From assembly GCA_050250255.1 (NCBI GenBank), contig JBFWOZ010000071.1, positions 1 to 10,678 of the forward strand: a stretch of DNA of 10,678 bases, written 5' to 3'. Source of the stretch: Bdellovibrionales bacterium (lineage in GTDB: Bacteria > Bdellovibrionota > Bdellovibrionia > Bdellovibrionales > DASUEL01). Within the stretch, counting starts at the first letter, position 1; the number at the start of each line of letters is the position of its first letter. A program made the translations under genes and the position numbers. Positions 7,664 to 10,678 of this stretch are shown here, piece after piece. The notes beneath the pieces are model-generated. The model was not told the DNA's origin. It saw only the letters and a list, made by a program, of their open reading frames with translations, and ran no database searches.

Positions 7664-8358
7664 AACGTGAACATTGCTCCGCCAGCAATGAAAACTCCGT
7701 TGAATTGACCATCACTCAAAAGATTCAAATGGTTTTTCAAGCCGGTTTCGATAAAAAAACCTGTGTTTTCGATAAGATCAAAAGCACGAGCACCGGCTAC
7801 GAGTTGATAATCCAAAGTGAGGCTAGATTCTTGAGCCACCTGCTTAAAGAAAATGCCAGGACCAATTCCTGCACCAAAATAAAGCGGAAACTCGCTATCC
7901 GCATCGGGAAAAAGAAACAGAGGAATCACGCTCATCTTAAGTGGCTTCGCCTCAGGAAGATCGTAAGAAATAAAATCCACACGCAGATGCATATCCATCG
8001 TGTCGCTCCACTGACCCATACGGTAAGTGAGACCCATATTTAATTTTCCGTTGTCTTCGACATGATCACTCACGCCCCATTTGTAAGAATCGGAATCCAC
8101 GAAAGTTCCAATATGAAGAGCTAAAAAATGAGCGCGATCTGAACTGCTGCTTGAAGAAGCGCGTGCGGATTCTTTACGTGTGAAATACTTCGAGGCTGCT
8201 TTTTCGCCAACTTGTTTACGAGGTGTTACGTCGTCGGTCACCACTTCTTGTTCAATGATCTCTTCATCTTTGATTTCAGTCTTTGCGAAGAGGGGCTCAA
8301 GACCAAAATTGAAAACCAATAAACCAAGGAGTGAAGAGAGAAGAAAATTGGACTTCAT
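7660..8358 (-). CDS. Hypothetical outer-membrane beta-barrel-like protein
   Basis: Likely start ATG 8358 (GAGG upstream; alternative 8370). Signal peptide MKSNFLLSSLLGLLVFNFGLEPLFA, amphipathic strands (PLYFGAGIGPG, LDYQLVAGAR, FFIETGLK) and a C-terminal Phe (GAMFTF). The ORF-track extension to 8991 is just the antisense of nrdR. Confidence 0.75.
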   Translation of the reverse strand: MKSNFLLSSLLGLLVFNFGLEPLFAKTEIKDEEIIEQEVVTDDVTPRKQVGEKAASKYFTRKESARASSSSSSDRAHFLALHIGTFVDSDSYKWGVSDHVEDNGKLNMGLTYRMGQWSDTMDMHLRVDFISYDLPEAKPLKMSVIPLFLFPDADSEFPLYFGAGIGPGIFFKQVAQESSLTLDYQLVAGARAFDLIENTGFFIETGLKNHLNLLSDGQFNGVFIAGGAMFTF

Positions 8359-8491
8359 AGGTCGCCTCATTTCAAAATGTCGCTCAAAAGGCTCTTTTTT
8401 AAGCCTAAGGGTTCTTTTCGTATGTTTAATGATAACTATATGAAACTTCTGGGAAGTTGTCTCATTTTTAATGCGTTGTGTCAACAAAGAT

Positions 8492-8520
8492 TTGACCTCT
8501 ATCGAAATCATTCCTACAGT
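8492..8520 (+). promoter_or_regulatory. Sigma70-type promoter for nrdR
   Basis: TTGACC (8492-8497)-N17-TACAGT (8515-8520). Confidence 0.6.
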
Positions 8521-8529
8521 GGGTCTAAC

Positions 8530-9006
8530 GTGAGATGTCCATATTGTGGTCACCAAGATGATAGAGTTCTCGATACGCGTATTCACCGTGAAGGCGCGCA
8601 GATTCGCCGTCGTCGCGAATGCCTCCAATGCAAAGGCCGCTACTCGACGGCCGAAAACATTCTTGAAGTCCTGCCACTTGTAATTAAAAAAGATGGTCGA
8701 CGCGAAACCTACTCTAAAGAAAAAGTTTTTAAAGGAATCCAAGCGGCCTGCCAAAAGCGCCCTATCGGTCTTGTTGAGATCGAGAATATGGTCGAGAGAA
8801 TCACCGCATGGGCCATGGCTCAGCATGAAAAAGAAATCCCCGCCGCTGATCTTGGCTCTATCGTGATGAAAGAATTGCAAGCTCTCGATGACGTCGCCTA
8901 CGTACGTTTTGCGAGCGTCTATCGCACCTTTAAAGACGTGAACGAATTCGTTACCGGTCTCACTGATGAGCCTGACGATCCATCTGAACATCCTTTGAGC
9001 AACTAA
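8530..9006 (+). CDS. nrdR: Transcriptional repressor NrdR (Zn ribbon plus ATP-cone)
   Basis: GTG start at 8530 gives MRCPYCG...RVLDTR...IRRRRECLQCKGRYST.E, VIKKDGRRE, ACQKRPI and LDDVAYVRFASVYRTFKD (158 aa). Confidence 0.97.
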   Translation: MRCPYCGHQDDRVLDTRIHREGAQIRRRRECLQCKGRYSTAENILEVLPLVIKKDGRRETYSKEKVFKGIQAACQKRPIGLVEIENMVERITAWAMAQHEKEIPAADLGSIVMKELQALDDVAYVRFASVYRTFKDVNEFVTGLTDEPDDPSEHPLSN

Positions 9007-9096
9007 AAAAACATTTACACACGTCTTGTGGAATACCCGTTTTTCATATAGATCTATCGTCCTTGCGTCGCCAATTTTAACTGCGAGATCTTTGAT

Positions 9097-9585
9097 ATGA
9101 TGAGTTTAAGAACCCGATCGAGAGAGTTGACCTTACAACTTCTCTTCGAAAAAGAATTTCAACAGCAAGGCACCAAGTCAGGTCCTTCCGAAGAACTCAT
9201 TCATCACGCCCAACAAATTACTGAAGAAAAACCTCAGTTTCGTGAAAAAGATGTCACGGCTTACGCCCTTGTTCTTTTTAACGGTTATAACGCTCATCAA
9301 GAAACTATCGATAACCTCATTTCCACTTACAGTCAGAACTGGAAACTCAGTCGAATGTCGATCGTCGATCGCAACATCTTAAGAATCGCGACGTTTGAAC
9401 TTTTACAAATGGGTCATGAAGTTCCCCCTGCGGCCGTGATCAACGAAGCCGTGGAGATGGCAAAACGCTTCGGAACGACAGATTCTTCTTCATTCATCAA
9501 CGGCGTGCTTGACCAAATAGCCCGCAATCCCAATAAAATGGTGGTTGATGAAAGCACAAACTCTACTACCCTCAAAAGCTCTTGA
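9097..9585 (+). CDS. nusB: Transcription antitermination factor NusB
   Basis: RTRSRELTLQLLF, NWKLSRMSIVDRNILRIATFEL, VINEAVEMAKRFG and FINGVLD. Confidence 0.96.
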   Translation: MMSLRTRSRELTLQLLFEKEFQQQGTKSGPSEELIHHAQQITEEKPQFREKDVTAYALVLFNGYNAHQETIDNLISTYSQNWKLSRMSIVDRNILRIATFELLQMGHEVPPAAVINEAVEMAKRFGTTDSSSFINGVLDQIARNPNKMVVDESTNSTTLKSS

Positions 9586-10012
9586 ATCTGGCGCCGACCT
9601 TTGGGTGATCCCCGACCGTCGCACCTCTTCTTGGTCTCGCAAAATTGATTGGTATCTTCAGTTTTTAATTTCTAAAGCGATGATTCATGTCTCGCCACAA
9701 GTCTCGGGTCAACTTTCAAAACAAATGCAAGAGAATGACATGGATGTCTTTTCACACACGCTCAGTCACGCTTCCCCACTTTTGATTTTGAGTGGTCGCC
9801 AACTTCCCAACAAAAAAACCGTTCATCTCCCCTTTCTTGGTGATCACAAAACTTGGGTCGGACAAGTGTACGAAATTTGGAATCGATTTCATTCTCCTGG
9901 CTTAAGAGTTTTTTTGCCAAAAGGAATGGAAGCAAAAGATTTCACTCAGCACTGGCCCAAAAATTCTGCCGACGGACATGTATCAGTCAGTTTTGTACTG
10001 GATGGGGAGTAA
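9548..10012 (+). CDS. Hypothetical protein
   Basis: 154-aa ORF from ATG 9548 that fills the nusB-DUF299 gap on the same strand and overlaps nusB by 38 nt. Contains Trp-rich motifs (SWSRKIDWYLQF, LRVFLP). Confidence 0.75.
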   Translation: MKAQTLLPSKALESGADLWVIPDRRTSSWSRKIDWYLQFLISKAMIHVSPQVSGQLSKQMQENDMDVFSHTLSHASPLLILSGRQLPNKKTVHLPFLGDHKTWVGQVYEIWNRFHSPGLRVFLPKGMEAKDFTQHWPKNSADGHVSVSFVLDGE

Positions 10013-10016
10013 CCCC

Positions 10017-10678
10017 ATGACAGGTTCCGTCTACATTATTTCCGATGGAACTGGCGAAACCGCAAGCGCGATGGTTCGTGCAGCCCTTGTGCAATTTCAT
10101 GATCAAGACACCAATGTCATACGTTATAAAAATTTAAGAACTGAAGATCAGATTGAATCGGTCGTTGATGAAGCGTTTCGCTCCAAAGGTTTCATCGTTT
10201 ATACGGTCGTAAGTCCTTCTATGCGCGCAAAAATTCAAGAAACCGCGTCAATGAAAGGTGTTATTGCCGTAGACTTACTCGGTCCCCTCCTCATTGGGCT
10301 TGGAACCTATTTTGGAGGCACCAGCGAATCTCCTGAGGCCGGAATTCTTCGCGTGGTCGATGATAGCTACTTCAAGCGCATTGAAGCGATGGAGTACACG
10401 GTGAAACATGACGACGGAAAAGAAGTGCGTGACCTCGATCAAGCCGACATCATCTTGGTGGGAATTAGCCGTACATCGAAAACACCGCTTTCGATTTTCT
10501 TATGTCACTAAGGGTGGAAAGTTGCAAACGTTCCAGTGGTTTTAAATTCTCCACTCCCAAAACAACTCTTTGAAGTAGATCAAAAGAAAATCGTCGGGCT
10601 TATCAATGATCAAGAGAAGCTCTCGCGCATTCGGCGAAACCGCCTCGCAAAGTTTGGACAAGATCAAGGCGGTGATTA
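10017..10678 (+). pseudogene. DUF299 kinase/pyrophosphorylase (PEP synthase / pyruvate,phosphate dikinase regulatory protein) with an in-frame TAA at 10509-10511; 3'-partial
   Basis: ATG 10017 follows GGGGAG. Motifs ISDGTGETA, YFKRIEAMEYTVKHDDG and ADIILVGISRTSKTPLS. The same frame continues past the stop as GWKVANVPVVLNSPLPKQLFEVDQKKIVGL...RIRRNRL to the window end. The family call is firm; pseudogene vs sequencing error is unresolved. Confidence 0.8.

Noticed and set aside
8377..8529. 51-aa N-terminal extension of NrdR in the ORF track
   Set aside because: NrdR begins MxCPxC, which matches GTG 8530. The extension spans the promoter region.
8371..8991. N-terminal extension making the 7660..8991 ORF 443 aa
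   Set aside because: It is mostly the antisense shadow of nrdR. The signal peptide and SD place the real start at 8358 (or 8370).
9016..9031. Possible NrdR box (TACACACGTCTTGTGG) downstream of nrdR
   Set aside because: Only the right half matches acaCwAtATaTwGtgt. The conserved C4 and A8 are missing.
10509..10511. Stop-codon reassignment or programmed readthrough
   Set aside because: TAA terminates nrdR, kefG and kefC at their expected ends, and no other gene has an internal stop.
1..10678. CRISPR array, tRNA/rRNA, riboswitch (including FMN), tandem repeat arrays or defence systems
   Set aside because: Intergenic gaps are all about 200 bp or shorter, and by eye I found no periodic repeats, RNA-family motifs or defence-gene signatures. 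An Infernal/Rfam scan would be the decisive test.

Overview
A gene-dense bacterial window whose style suggests Bdellovibrionota (inference from the xQNC-type lipoprotein signal, sigma28-like promoter and secreted hypothetical proteins). It opens inside the 3' end of an IS5-family transposase (not in the ORF track), and the right end of this IS appears to have cut a host gene. Next come a DUF4287/SRPBCC-like gene, a secreted trypsin-like protease, two envelope-targeted hypotheticals, and a minus-strand operon (beta-barrel-like protein, RsmB/NOP methyltransferase, KefG/F-like oxidoreductase, KefC). A divergent plus-strand cluster holds nrdR, nusB, a hypothetical gene and a DUF299 dikinase regulatory protein that carries an in-frame TAA. 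I see no clear new multi-gene system. The points most worth checking are the IS-supplied in-frame start codon, the absence of rib genes between nrdR and nusB, two apparently leaderless promoters, and the premature stop. All family assignments are from motif recognition, not database searches.
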